Shown: positions 41,424 through 51,443 of the stretch, in pieces
Layout: each line of letters starts with the position of its first letter
Numbering within the stretch: the first letter of the stretch is position 1
DNA from: Candidatus Omnitrophota bacterium
GTDB taxonomy: Bacteria; Omnitrophota; Gorgyraeia; Zapsychrales; Fredricksoniimonadaceae
Length of the DNA stretch: 64,000 nucleotides
Assembly (NCBI GenBank): GCA_903908245.1
Contig: CAIVRE010000006.1
Coordinates: 21,951 to 85,950 of the forward strand
Direction: 5' to 3'
Position numbers and translations under genes: made by a program
Notes under the pieces: generated by a model
What the model was told of the DNA's origin: nothing
Databases searched by the model: none
What the model saw: only the letters and a program-made list of their open reading frames with translations

Positions 41424-41452
41424 ATTATAATGACAGCCATTCAAATACGCAA
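41424..41452 (-). promoter_or_regulatory. sigma70 promoter for the 63-aa gene
   Basis: TTGCGT-N17-TATAAT. Confidence 0.7.
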
Positions 41453-41487
41453 CAATAATTTTCTTCCCTACCGGAGAGGGAGAAGGT

Positions 41488-42309
41488 TCATGCGGAAACG
41501 ATAGAAATACCATTCCTATCAGCCAAAGCAACCGCCTTATCCCGGTCAATGATGAGCGTCTTCCCGGCCTCAATGGCAAGAACTGACGCGCGCGCCTTTA
41601 CCATTGTCCGGATCGTCCGGGGGCCTATCACCGGAACATCGAAACGGCTGTCCTGATTCGGTTTAGACGCCTTCACCACCACCGCTCCTGCACGGGCAAT
41701 AATGCCGCCCCGCAAGATACAGCGGTCCGTCCCCTCCATGGCCTCAATAGCCAGGATCGCCTTCCCCTTGATCACAACCGTCTGGCCGATATCCATCCCC
41801 CCGATATGCCTGGCGATACCGATACCGAACTCAATATCCAGCAGCTCACTCTCCGTCGGAGCCCGGCGCGTAAGCGTACCGCGGGGAGCAAGGAACCCCT
41901 TGAGAAGCAGGGTCGAATCCAGAAGCTCCAGCCCCTGCGCCTTAAGGCGGTCGGCCACGGCCCCGAAGATCGTATCACAGCGGCGGTCCGCCAGGGCCGC
42001 AAAAAGAGCCCTGTATTCATCATCCGCCTGAACATTCTCGTTAAAAAGAGTATCGGGGTCGATCTGCCCTGCCATAAGGATCGACTTCACCCCGCGCAGA
42101 CGGAAAAAAGTGAACATGTCCTTGAGCTGCCCTGGTGAGAACCAGCGGACCTCATCGGCGGCAAAATACATGAGGAATGACGCATCGCCCTTTGCCGCGG
42201 CCACGATCACTTTAATGCCCTGCCGCCGCGCAGCTTCCGCGAACAGGATCGGGAAACGGCCGCTTCCGGCGATAAGCCCTATGATTGAAGGAAGCCCCGG
42301 AACAGGCAC
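41488..42309 (-). CDS. lpxI: UDP-2,3-diacylglucosamine diphosphatase LpxI
   Basis: GLIAGSGRFP, DIGQTVV, AIEAMEGTD, KPNQDSRFDVPVIG; follows lpxA. Confidence 0.93.
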   Translation of the reverse strand: MPVPGLPSIIGLIAGSGRFPILFAEAARRQGIKVIVAAAKGDASFLMYFAADEVRWFSPGQLKDMFTFFRLRGVKSILMAGQIDPDTLFNENVQADDEYRALFAALADRRCDTIFGAVADRLKAQGLELLDSTLLLKGFLAPRGTLTRRAPTESELLDIEFGIGIARHIGGMDIGQTVVIKGKAILAIEAMEGTDRCILRGGIIARAGAVVVKASKPNQDSRFDVPVIGPRTIRTMVKARASVLAIEAGKTLIIDRDKAVALADRNGISIVSA

Positions 42310-42315
42310 TTGGGA

Positions 42316-43125
42316 TCATTCTCCGTTGGAAGGTTCTTTGACCGAACCGCAAAGCCCGCGTTCAGACGCTTTGGCAAAATCGAGCAAATGTTTCACATGA
42401 TCCGTCAGATTGACCTCCCGCTCGATCTGTTCGATCGCGGTATTCTTTGCCAGACCGGAATGGAACATGATACGGAACGCTTCTTTTAAATGCTTCATGG
42501 AGTCCGCCGTAACACCCGCGCGCCTGAGGCCGATCGCATTCAGATTATAGACCAATGCCGGCCCGCCCACGCACAAGGAATACGGAGGGACATCCTGCAC
42601 CACACGGGAACAGCCGCCGATCATGGCGTTCTTCCCCACCCGGCAGAACTGATGCACCGCGGACAATCCGCCAACAATAACAAAATCCTCCACGGTCACA
42701 TGGCCGGCCAGGGTCCCGGAATTCGCCAGCACACAGCCATTGCCCACCACACAATCATGGGCAACATGCGAATACGCCATAAAAAGATTATTACTCCCGA
42801 TACGGGTCACCCCGTCGCCTTCGACCGTACCGCGATGAATCGTGCAGAATTCACGGAAAATATTATTGTCCCCGACCTCAAGAAGCGTCTTGTCTCCGCG
42901 CTTGTACTTTTTGTCCTGGGGGTCAAACCCGACGGCCGCATGCGGAAAGATACGATTCCCGCAACCAATGCTCGTCCACCCGGAAAGCACCGCGTGCGCG
43001 CCGACCTCGGTACCGTCACCCAGAACGACCTCGCCTTCAATGACCGCGTAAGGCCCGACAATGATATTCTTGCCCAATTTTACATTCGGGCCGATGACTG
43101 CTGTAGGATGTATCGTGTTCGACAT
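42316..43125 (-). CDS. lpxA: UDP-GlcNAc acyltransferase
   Basis: IHPTAVI, PQDKKY, IHRGT, HVAHDC, LAGHV, VHQFCRVG, DVPPY. Confidence 0.97.
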   Translation of the reverse strand: MSNTIHPTAVIGPNVKLGKNIIVGPYAVIEGEVVLGDGTEVGAHAVLSGWTSIGCGNRIFPHAAVGFDPQDKKYKRGDKTLLEVGDNNIFREFCTIHRGTVEGDGVTRIGSNNLFMAYSHVAHDCVVGNGCVLANSGTLAGHVTVEDFVIVGGLSAVHQFCRVGKNAMIGGCSRVVQDVPPYSLCVGGPALVYNLNAIGLRRAGVTADSMKHLKEAFRIMFHSGLAKNTAIEQIEREVNLTDHVKHLLDFAKASERGLCGSVKEPSNGE

Positions 43126-43132
43126 TAACCCC

Positions 43133-44446
43133 TCATTCTCCAAAAGCAAAACCCATTTCCGCTTCACAAACAACCTGGCCATCCACCCTGCAAACACCCG
43201 TCGCCTGCGCAATGCGCGAACGCGCCTTGGTCACTTCAACTTCCATTACAACCTGATCGCCAGGCTCAATGACCTTGCGGAATTTAACCTTATCAACAGA
43301 CATAAAGAACGCCAGCTTGCCGCGCAACTCGGGATTGCTGAGCATCGTGACCCCCACCACCTGCGCCATCGCCTCCACCATCAAAACCCCGGGCATGACC
43401 GGACGCGCCGGAAAATGCCCCTGGAAGAAAGCCTCGTTCATCGTAACATTCTTGATCGCGACCGCGCGCTTGCCAGGCTCGATCTCGGTAATACGGTCGA
43501 CCAGAAGGAACGGATAACGATGCGGAATAATATTCATGATCCCGCGCACATCAAGCCCGGCGCCTTCTTTTATGTCAACCTTAAAGACCTCACGCTTTGA
43601 TTCATATTTTATCTTCTGCTCGGCGATCTTCTTAAGAAGCTCGCGGTTGAGATTATGCCCGCTCTTAAAAGCAAACACATGGCCTTTCAAAGGAATGCCG
43701 AGCAAATACAGATCGCCGACGCAATCCATCAACTTGTGACGGGCAGGCTCGTCCGGAAAACGAAGCGTGTTCTGAACCACGCCCTCTGGCCCGAAAACAA
43801 GGGTATTGGCATAATTAGCACCCTGGCCAAACCCCTTTGCCCGTAAAGCATCCGCCTCATCCTTAAGGCAAAAAGTGCGGCAAGGAGCGATATCCCGTTC
43901 AAAATTCTCCGGAGTTACCGCGAACGTGACGGAAGCGCGCAACAGGGGATGCGCATATTCCAGCGCGTAGGAAACTTTAAAATCATCCGCCGGAACGATC
44001 ATGACCGATGCGCCGTCCCTGGAAACACAAAGGGTCTCTTTCACTTCAAAATACGTCTTGTCCGCCTCCAGGTCAACGATCCCGGCCAACATTAAAGCCT
44101 TCACATACTCCCTCGCACTCCCATCAAGGCCGGGGGCTTCATCCCCGTCCATCTCGATGATAATATTGTCGAGCCCAAGCCCTGCCAGCGCGCCCATCAT
44201 ATGCTCAATGGTATAGATCTGCCCATCGCCGACCTTAAGGGCGGAATACCTCCCCGAATCCCCGCCGCTGATCACAGCCATGCTGCCCAGCTTCACCAAT
44301 GGGCTGCCCGGCATATCCGTACGCTTGAAAACGATCCCCTCGCCCGCCTGAGCCGGTTTGAAAACAACATTGACCTTGTGCCCGGTATGCAAACCGGTTC
44401 CGCCAAGCCGGGCCTCTGAACAGATCGTCCTTTGTTTCAACAGCAT
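43133..44446 (-). CDS. lpxC-fabZ: Fused LpxC deacetylase / FabZ dehydratase
   Basis: QRTI, GLHTG, TIEH, HKLMDCVGD, SGH; then PHRYPFLLVDR, FQGHFP..PVMPGVLMVEAMAQ. Confidence 0.96.
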   Translation of the reverse strand: MLLKQRTICSEARLGGTGLHTGHKVNVVFKPAQAGEGIVFKRTDMPGSPLVKLGSMAVISGGDSGRYSALKVGDGQIYTIEHMMGALAGLGLDNIIIEMDGDEAPGLDGSAREYVKALMLAGIVDLEADKTYFEVKETLCVSRDGASVMIVPADDFKVSYALEYAHPLLRASVTFAVTPENFERDIAPCRTFCLKDEADALRAKGFGQGANYANTLVFGPEGVVQNTLRFPDEPARHKLMDCVGDLYLLGIPLKGHVFAFKSGHNLNRELLKKIAEQKIKYESKREVFKVDIKEGAGLDVRGIMNIIPHRYPFLLVDRITEIEPGKRAVAIKNVTMNEAFFQGHFPARPVMPGVLMVEAMAQVVGVTMLSNPELRGKLAFFMSVDKVKFRKVIEPGDQVVMEVEVTKARSRIAQATGVCRVDGQVVCEAEMGFAFGE

Positions 44447-45486
44447 CAGGACACCTTCCCCTGTCTCGCTTCCAATTCCTGGACTTTCTTCTTCAGTTCC
44501 CTGATCTCATCCGCATAACGGGGCAAACGTTTCACATGCGCCATCACACGCGTTGCCTTGGAATACTCATCTGCCGGAGTCCCGAACATCATGGTCCCCG
44601 GATCAACATCTTTAGTGATCCCCGATTGCGCCGCCACTACCGCACGGTCGCCAACGGTCACATGCCCTGCCACACCCACCTGGCCCGCAATGATCGCGTT
44701 ATTGCCGATCCTGGCGCTGCCGGCAATGCCTGCCAACGCGATGATCAAACAATCCTCCCCGATACGGACATTATGCGCGATCTGCACCAGATTATCGATC
44801 TTCGTCCCCCGGCCGATCAATGTTTTATCGAAACGCGCGCGGTCGACCGTCACGCACGCGCCGATCTCGACATCATCCTCCACAACAACGGTCCCCATCT
44901 GCGGGATCTTGACGTGATGGTCTCCAACCTGCAAATATCCAAACCCGTCCGAACCGATAACAGCCCCGCTGTGAATGATCACTCGGTTCCCGATCGACAC
45001 GTCCTCACGGATGGTCACATTCGGATAGATCAACGTGCTTTCACCAATGGATGTTTTCTGCCCGATAAAGACACCGGCACAGATAATACTCCCCTTGCCA
45101 ACACGCGCACCGCTCTCAATGACCACATGCGGCCCGATGCCGGCACCTTCGCCGATAAACACGTCCGGCGCTATCACCGCCGTTGAATGGATCCCTTTAA
45201 CCTTGGGGGAAAGATCCTCTTTGATAAGGCTGACGATACGGGCAAAAGCCATCGATGGGTTATCTGTCTGGATAACAGACTTCCCCTCGATGACCACATC
45301 CCGGCCGACAATAATAGCCGAAGCTTTGGTGGAAAAGGCCAGCGGAAGGTATTTGGAGTTCGCGAGAAAAGTCAGGTCACCCGGAACAGCTTCCTTGATC
45401 CCGGATATTCCGGTCATGACCAGATTCCCGTCACCAACAAGCTTGCCGCCAACCAACTGAGCGATCTCGGTCAGAGTTTGGCGCAT
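44446..45486 (-). CDS. lpxD: UDP-3-O-acyl-glucosamine N-acyltransferase
   Basis: [27 protein letters not shown]. Confidence 0.97.
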   Translation of the reverse strand: MRQTLTEIAQLVGGKLVGDGNLVMTGISGIKEAVPGDLTFLANSKYLPLAFSTKASAIIVGRDVVIEGKSVIQTDNPSMAFARIVSLIKEDLSPKVKGIHSTAVIAPDVFIGEGAGIGPHVVIESGARVGKGSIICAGVFIGQKTSIGESTLIYPNVTIREDVSIGNRVIIHSGAVIGSDGFGYLQVGDHHVKIPQMGTVVVEDDVEIGACVTVDRARFDKTLIGRGTKIDNLVQIAHNVRIGEDCLIIALAGIAGSARIGNNAIIAGQVGVAGHVTVGDRAVVAAQSGITKDVDPGTMMFGTPADEYSKATRVMAHVKRLPRYADEIRELKKKVQELEARQGKVS

Positions 45487-45492
45487 ACAGTC

Positions 45493-46014
45493 TTATTTCT
45501 TTACTGCTTGTTTAGCGTAGTTATCATTCAAGGTCTTAAGGATCGGCTCCGAGATATTCAAGGTGTCTTTCCCGTAGATCAAGACACGGTCATTAAGCAC
45601 AAAAGTGATATTCTGCGCCTTGGCATATTCGCTGACCGTCTTCTCGATCTCAAGCAGGATCTCACGCACTTTTTCATCGCGGGCCTTGGTCAGGTCCGTA
45701 CGCTTGGTGCGGTCAAATTCCAGGATCTCGTTCTTGAGCGCCTCGATATCCTTGTCGTTCTTGACCTTGGCATCATCTTTAAGCATCGCCGCCTTACCCT
45801 GCAGGTCGCGGATCTTTTCGATCTTCTTGTTGCGCTCTTCCTGGAACTTGTTGTTTTCACCTTCAAGCACCTTGTCGTACTCCTTGGTGCGCTCATACTG
45901 ATCGAAAAGCTTCGCCAGATCGACATAGGCGAACTTCAATTCCTCGGCGCGAGCGAATGTGGATGCCACGAACATGAACACGACTGCGAGACCAAAAACC
46001 TTCATTAACTTCAT
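45493..46014 (-). CDS. skp: Skp/OmpH chaperone
   Basis: Signal peptide, KFAYVD, long coiled coil, position between bamA and lpxD. Confidence 0.92.
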   Translation of the reverse strand: MKLMKVFGLAVVFMFVASTFARAEELKFAYVDLAKLFDQYERTKEYDKVLEGENNKFQEERNKKIEKIRDLQGKAAMLKDDAKVKNDKDIEALKNEILEFDRTKRTDLTKARDEKVREILLEIEKTVSEYAKAQNITFVLNDRVLIYGKDTLNISEPILKTLNDNYAKQAVKK

Positions 46015-46046
46015 AACTCTCTCCTTTTTAATTTTATTCTAAAAAA

Positions 46047-48485
46047 TTAGAACCCACGACTTACGCTGAAATAAAACTTGCCGCTGGAACGCGAAGCCTG
46101 CCCCGGCTCTTTATTGAGCGGGATACCGTAATCCAGGTTCATCGGGCCGATCGGCGTCTTCACACGAAAACCGATACCCGTACCGGAATACAGTTTTTCA
46201 GAGAAAATATCCCCGTACTTCGCCGATACACTTCCGGAATCAAAGAACGTCGCGAACTTGATCACATCAATGAGCGGGATCGTATATTCCAGACTGCCCA
46301 GCATGATCCCTTCACCGCCGATAGGATCGCCATTGCCCGGATCGATGGGGCCAACCGCGCGTTCACTATAACCGCGGATCGTTCGGGCACCACCCCCGAA
46401 ATAACGCTCAAAGATCGGGACTTTGCTCGTACTGCCGTACGCGGAAACCATCCCGAGCCTTCCGGAAAGCTCCACCACGGAATTATACCTCAAAGGGATA
46501 TAATATGCCCCATTGGTTTCCAAACGGTAGAAATCCTTGCTTCCTCCGACGGGGCCTCCCGCGAGGTCCACCGCGCCTGAAGTCTGCCACCCCTTGGTCG
46601 GCGAGATCGTACTGTCGCGATGATCGTTGGACAAAGACGCGCCGATCGCGCTCAGGTTGCTCTTGCCTTCCTCAGCCTTCAGGTCCGCCGAGACACCGTC
46701 CTCCATATTGGTGATATCAACGCTTTCCAGACGATAATACCCGGCCGTCGAGACATACTCTGAAAGCTCCTTGCCCGCGCGCAATTTTCCGCCAACACGC
46801 GTCTGATCATAAGCGTACCCCGTACTGCTGGAACGGTTATACTGCGAACGGTACAGATCGAACCCTCCGGAAACCGGATAATCGAACATCCAGGGTTCCG
46901 TGAAGGATAATAGAATATTATTGCGGCTGGAGCCGACCTCGGCCCTCGCCGTCACCCGCTGGCCGCCGCCGGTGAAATTCGGCCAATTCGCGAAGTCAAA
47001 ATTCTTCTGGTCCAATTCCACGAACCCGATCAACTGGTCTACCGTGCTGTATCCACCGCCAAAACTGAACGACCCTGTCTTGGCTTCCTTCACATCAACC
47101 ACCAGGTCTTTCTGGTCAGGCGTGTTCGTATCTTCAATATCAAACCCTACATCATCGAAATACCCGAGGTTATTGAGCCGCTCCTTACTGCGGCGCAGCT
47201 TGACACCGTCAAACTGGTCGCCCGGATACATCCGGAGTTCACGCCGGATAACAATATCGCGCGTCTGCGTATTGCCCTGAATCTTGATCTTGTTGATATA
47301 CGCGATCCCGCCCTCGACAACATCCAGCTTAAGGTCGACCCGGCCATCCGCGGGATTCAAGGATGTTGATTCCTCGACCTTGGCAAAAATATATCCGCGG
47401 TCAAAATACAATGACTTGATATTCGCCACATCATCCGCCAGTTTGGCCTTGGAGAAGATCTTGCCTTTCTTGATATCCTTCATCACAGCCGCGATCTCGG
47501 GCTCGGCAAGGACGGCATTCCCCTTGAACTGGATATCGCCGACATAATAACGCTTGCCTTCCTCCACCGTCACGTCCACATTAAGCAACCCGTGTTGCAG
47601 CTGCTCCGTGGCATAAGTCGCCTTGGCATCAATATATCCGTTCTTTTCATAGAACGCCGCAATGCGATCCATATCTTCCGCCAGCACATCTTCTTTAAGG
47701 AACCCGGAATTAAAAAGCCAGGCCGAACGGGATTTCATCACTTTAATGATCTTGTCATCATTATACGCGAGATTCCCGAGGATCTTGATCCGTTTGATCT
47801 TGACCCTGTACCCTTCACTGATAATAAAATGCAACGACGCTTTATTCGTGACTGCATCCAGGAATTGCTCAACATCGACCTTGACCTGTGTCAGGCCTTT
47901 CTTGGAATACATTTCTTCGATCGTATTCACGTCATCATTCAAGGCTTTCTTGTCCAGGAATTTACCGCTCTGGGTCTTGATCTTGGAAAGCAGGACCTTC
48001 TTGTTGAAGAATTTAAGCTTTGAGAACGTGATCTCGTCCACAATAGGCTTTTCTTCGAGAATAATGATCACCTTGAGCCCTGCAGCCTCTTCCTTGCGGT
48101 CCACACGGACATCCGAAAACCAGCCGGTAGTATACAAACGCTTAAGATCATCGGAAATGACATTCTGACGATATTCCTGGCCGACACGCGTTTTGATCTT
48201 GGAGAGGATCGTCGCCACACCGATACTCTTATTCCCCTGGATATCAATGGAAACAACCTTCTTCCCCGCCAAAGCGCCTTCGGAAACCGCCTGGGCCTCT
48301 TCCGCCCCCGCAGCGACATCCGCTGATGGCGCCGCCTGGACATTCATCTCGACCGCGTCAAGCGTGGCTGCCACATCCGCCTCTTTGGAAGAAGGGACAG
48401 CGGCTTGACCTTCAGCCCTGGCAAAGGACCCCGTTGAACAAATAAAACCTAAAACAAAGAGTGGGAGTAGGATGGTTTTTTTCAT
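46047..48485 (-). CDS. bamA: Outer membrane protein assembly factor BamA
   Basis: POTRA repeats (GNTQTRDIVIRRE, LNNLGYF), IRGY motif, C-terminal F. Confidence 0.96.
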   Translation of the reverse strand: MKKTILLPLFVLGFICSTGSFARAEGQAAVPSSKEADVAATLDAVEMNVQAAPSADVAAGAEEAQAVSEGALAGKKVVSIDIQGNKSIGVATILSKIKTRVGQEYRQNVISDDLKRLYTTGWFSDVRVDRKEEAAGLKVIIILEEKPIVDEITFSKLKFFNKKVLLSKIKTQSGKFLDKKALNDDVNTIEEMYSKKGLTQVKVDVEQFLDAVTNKASLHFIISEGYRVKIKRIKILGNLAYNDDKIIKVMKSRSAWLFNSGFLKEDVLAEDMDRIAAFYEKNGYIDAKATYATEQLQHGLLNVDVTVEEGKRYYVGDIQFKGNAVLAEPEIAAVMKDIKKGKIFSKAKLADDVANIKSLYFDRGYIFAKVEESTSLNPADGRVDLKLDVVEGGIAYINKIKIQGNTQTRDIVIRRELRMYPGDQFDGVKLRRSKERLNNLGYFDDVGFDIEDTNTPDQKDLVVDVKEAKTGSFSFGGGYSTVDQLIGFVELDQKNFDFANWPNFTGGGQRVTARAEVGSSRNNILLSFTEPWMFDYPVSGGFDLYRSQYNRSSSTGYAYDQTRVGGKLRAGKELSEYVSTAGYYRLESVDITNMEDGVSADLKAEEGKSNLSAIGASLSNDHRDSTISPTKGWQTSGAVDLAGGPVGGSKDFYRLETNGAYYIPLRYNSVVELSGRLGMVSAYGSTSKVPIFERYFGGGARTIRGYSERAVGPIDPGNGDPIGGEGIMLGSLEYTIPLIDVIKFATFFDSGSVSAKYGDIFSEKLYSGTGIGFRVKTPIGPMNLDYGIPLNKEPGQASRSSGKFYFSVSRGF

Positions 48486-48492
48486 AGGGGTG

Positions 48493-48521
48493 ATTATACT
48501 TTCCTTATTATAAGCTGTAAA
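48493..48521 (-). promoter_or_regulatory. Promoter of the bamA-lpx operon, apparently leaderless
   Basis: TTTACA-N17-TATAAT-N7-ATG; no SD. Confidence 0.7.
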
Positions 48522-48534
48522 GCGTTAAGCGTTT

Positions 48535-49872
48535 TTATTCCGCGTGCGCCAAGTCAAGATTCTCAAAACGGACATATTCCCTGGAAAAACGCACTTTGAA
48601 CGAACCCGTTGGCCCATTACGCTGTTTGGCGATAATAATATCGGCAAGGCCGATATTCTCGGGTTTGGCTTCATACATTTCATCACGGGTCAGAAGAATG
48701 ACCACATCCGCGTCCTGCTCGATGGCCCCGGATTCACGCAAGTCGGAAAGCTGGGGCTTGCGGTCGGTACGCCCTTCCACCGCGCGGTTCAGCTGGCTGA
48801 GCGCAATGACCGGCACGCTCAACTCGCGCGCCAGCGCTTTGAGCGAACGGGAGATCTCGGAAATTTCCTGCTGACGGTTCTCGAATTTCGAATTGCCGCG
48901 CATCAGCTGCATATAATCGATCACGATCATCCGGATATCATGCTGGGACTTCAGGCGGCGGGCCTTGGCGCGCAGCTCCAGCGGCGAGATCGCCGGCGTA
49001 TCATCAATAAAAAATTTGATCTTCGATAACTTCGTCGAAGCTCCAGTCAAAAGAGGCCAATCCGAAGGCGAAAGCTGCCCCGTACGCACCTTGGACGCAT
49101 CCACCCGCGCCTGCCCGCAAAGCATGCGCATCACCAGCTGCTCTTTGGCCATTTCAAGACTGAAAAAAGCGACCGGCAGCCCCTTCGCGATCGCCGCATG
49201 TTCGGCAATGGCACTGACCAGGGCACTTTTCCCCATCGAAGGGCGGGCCGCGATAATAATAAGGTCGGAAGCCTGAAGCCCGGATGTCATTTTATCAAGC
49301 TCGTAAAACCCTGTCGGGACACCGGTAACGGTCTCTTTGCGCCGGTACAGCATGTCGATCTTGGCCATCGCGTCCTTGACAATATCGCGGACGGACGAAG
49401 CCTGCTGTTTTTCATTGGACGACGCGATCTCAAAGATCAGGCGCTCGGCTTCATCAACCAGCTCTTCCACGCCTTTTTCCGTACTGAAGCTTTGGGTAAC
49501 GATCTCGGTGGCATTGCGGATGAGTTTGCGGCGGACCCCTTTTTCTTTCACAATATCCGCGTAATGCAGCACATTGGCGGCTGTGGGAACTGAATCGGCC
49601 AGATCGGTCAGGTACGTGGCACCGCCGACCACCTCCAGCGCACCCTCGCTCTTCAACCGGTCGGAAAGCGTGATGATATCCACGTTCCTGCGGTCGGCAT
49701 AAAGCCCCTTGATACCGTCGAAGATCCGCTGATGGGCCGCGCCATAAAAAAAAGAGCTATCGAGGCGTTCAATGACCGCCCCGATAGCGTCTTCATCAAT
49801 AAGCATCGCGCCCAGAACAGCCTTCTCGGCTTCAAGGTTCTGCGGCGGAAGTTTTATTTCTTCGTTACCCAT
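48535..49872 (-). CDS. dnaB: Replicative helicase DnaB
   Basis: PPQNLEAE, AARPSMGKS, FSLEM, IDYMQL, LSDLRESGAIEQDAD, KQRNGP; no intein. Confidence 0.98.
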   Translation of the reverse strand: MGNEEIKLPPQNLEAEKAVLGAMLIDEDAIGAVIERLDSSFFYGAAHQRIFDGIKGLYADRRNVDIITLSDRLKSEGALEVVGGATYLTDLADSVPTAANVLHYADIVKEKGVRRKLIRNATEIVTQSFSTEKGVEELVDEAERLIFEIASSNEKQQASSVRDIVKDAMAKIDMLYRRKETVTGVPTGFYELDKMTSGLQASDLIIIAARPSMGKSALVSAIAEHAAIAKGLPVAFFSLEMAKEQLVMRMLCGQARVDASKVRTGQLSPSDWPLLTGASTKLSKIKFFIDDTPAISPLELRAKARRLKSQHDIRMIVIDYMQLMRGNSKFENRQQEISEISRSLKALARELSVPVIALSQLNRAVEGRTDRKPQLSDLRESGAIEQDADVVILLTRDEMYEAKPENIGLADIIIAKQRNGPTGSFKVRFSREYVRFENLDLAHAE

Positions 49873-50297
49873 AACCGGAACTTAGCCGTGACTTCCGGAT
49901 GAAGTTTAACCCCGATCTCAAAAATGCCGAGCTCTTCCACGGCCTTTTCGATCACAAGGTCCTTGCGTTCGTATTTGAACCCTTCCTGCTCGAGCGCGCG
50001 CAGGATATCGGACTCTGAAACAGCGCCGTAAAGCTTCTCCTGGTCATTGACCTCCACGGTCAATGTGCAGGAGACCTTGCCGATCTTCTCGGCCAGTGCA
50101 AGCGCTTCATCTTTTTTCTGCTGGTAGATCGCGGCCAGCTTGGCCTTGTGAAGCTCGACCCGTTTAAGATTCGCCTTTGTCGCGGCGAGAGCCTGGTTGC
50201 GGGGGAACAGAAAATTCCGGGCATAGCCGTCCTTGACCTTCACCACATCACCAGTCTTACCTAAGTTGGCCATATCATGGCAGAGAATGACTTCCAT
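49854..50297 (-). CDS. rplI: 50S ribosomal protein L9
   Basis: LGKTGDVVKVKDGYARNFLFP, KLYGAV, KLHPEV. Confidence 0.97.
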   Translation of the reverse strand: MEVILCHDMANLGKTGDVVKVKDGYARNFLFPRNQALAATKANLKRVELHKAKLAAIYQQKKDEALALAEKIGKVSCTLTVEVNDQEKLYGAVSESDILRALEQEGFKYERKDLVIEKAVEELGIFEIGVKLHPEVTAKFRLWVTKK

Positions 50298-50300
50298 CGT

Positions 50301-50624
50301 TTACTTCCTTTTTGCTGATCCGCTTGAGAGTAACCCTAAGAATCTCGCCCGCTTGATCGCCACCGCCACCAGACGCTGATTCCTGGCGGAAACGCCGGTA
50401 AAACGGCGCGGCATCAACTTGCCGCGGTCAGTGAGGAATTTCTTAAGGAGCATAATATCCTTGTAATCAATGACATCCGGAAGATCGATCTGGATCCTGG
50501 GCGTACGAAGTACCCGGCGCGGACGTGCATCTTTGCCCTTGCCCTTGCCGCCCTTATCGGCTCCGTGCTCTCTTCCTCCCTTGTCATCCCTGCTGTTAGC
50601 ACGCTTCATCGGTCTCTTTTCCAA
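50301..50624 (-). CDS. rpsR: 30S ribosomal protein S18 with N-terminal extension
   Basis: [24 protein letters not shown]...QR....IKRAR..GLL. Confidence 0.95.
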   Translation of the reverse strand: MEKRPMKRANSRDDKGGREHGADKGGKGKGKDARPRRVLRTPRIQIDLPDVIDYKDIMLLKKFLTDRGKLMPRRFTGVSARNQRLVAVAIKRARFLGLLSSGSAKRK

Positions 50625-50661
50625 CTGTTCCCCCTTTTTAAGTTTTTACATCCCTTCAATA

Positions 50662-51108
50662 CTATTCTTCCCAGGCAATATCTTCCGGCCGTACCGCACC
50701 TTCACCGCCATGGCTTTCCGATGATTCGCTCGCAGCCCCCTGAACGCCACCGGCGGCTGAGCCGTCGGCCATTTTGCCACCAGGGCTTAAGAACTGAATG
50801 CGTTCCGCGCGCACATCAATGGTACTGCGCTTTTGTCCGTCGGGAGCATCCCACGAACGTGACTGCAGGATGCCTTCCACGAAAACCTGGCGCCCTTTCT
50901 GCAGGTACTGATTGCAGATCTCTGCCTGTTTATCCCAGGCCGTTACGGTAACAAAACAAACATCTTCCTTGAGCTCGCCTGAACGGTCCTTGAACTTGCG
51001 ATTGACCGCGATACGGATATTGGCCACCGCCGTACCATTGGGCGTGTAGCGCAACTCGGGGTCTTTGGTCAGGTTCCCTATCAACAGGACTTTGTTCAAA
51101 CTCGCCAT
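50662..51108 (-). CDS. ssb: Single-stranded DNA-binding protein
   Basis: LNKVLLIGNLTKDPELRYT, KGRQVFVEG; rpsF-ssb-rpsR order. Confidence 0.97.
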   Translation of the reverse strand: MASLNKVLLIGNLTKDPELRYTPNGTAVANIRIAVNRKFKDRSGELKEDVCFVTVTAWDKQAEICNQYLQKGRQVFVEGILQSRSWDAPDGQKRSTIDVRAERIQFLSPGGKMADGSAAGGVQGAASESSESHGGEGAVRPEDIAWEE

Positions 51109-51137
51109 CACAGGATCCTCCGTCTTACCGCATTCCC

Positions 51138-51443
51138 TTAAACCTTGACCTTCTGCTCCTCGGGCCTGATGATCAGAAAGCGCATAACACGCTCGTTGAT
51201 CAGAAGCTCACGCCGCAAACGGGCGATCTCGGCAGCCTTCATTTCGATATTGAACAAATAATAAGTGCCTTCCGGAGCCTTGTTGATCGGGAAAGCCATC
51301 CGCTGACGGTCGATCCAGACACTGGAATTGATGATCTTGCCTTCCATTTTGGCAACAAGATCGGTCACCTGTTTGCTCACATCGCTTTTTTCCGCATCAG
51401 AAAGACGGGAATCCACGATAAAAACCAATTCATATTTGTTCAT
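51138..51443 (-). CDS. rpsF: 30S ribosomal protein S6
   Basis: MNKYELVFI, MAFPINK..EGTY, VMRFLII. Confidence 0.93.
   Translation of the reverse strand: MNKYELVFIVDSRLSDAEKSDVSKQVTDLVAKMEGKIINSSVWIDRQRMAFPINKAPEGTYYLFNIEMKAAEIARLRRELLINERVMRFLIIRPEEQKVKV

Noticed and set aside
43133-44446. LpxC-FabZ fusion as a novelty
   Set aside because: Well known in Bacteroidetes, Chlorobi and several PVC lineages.
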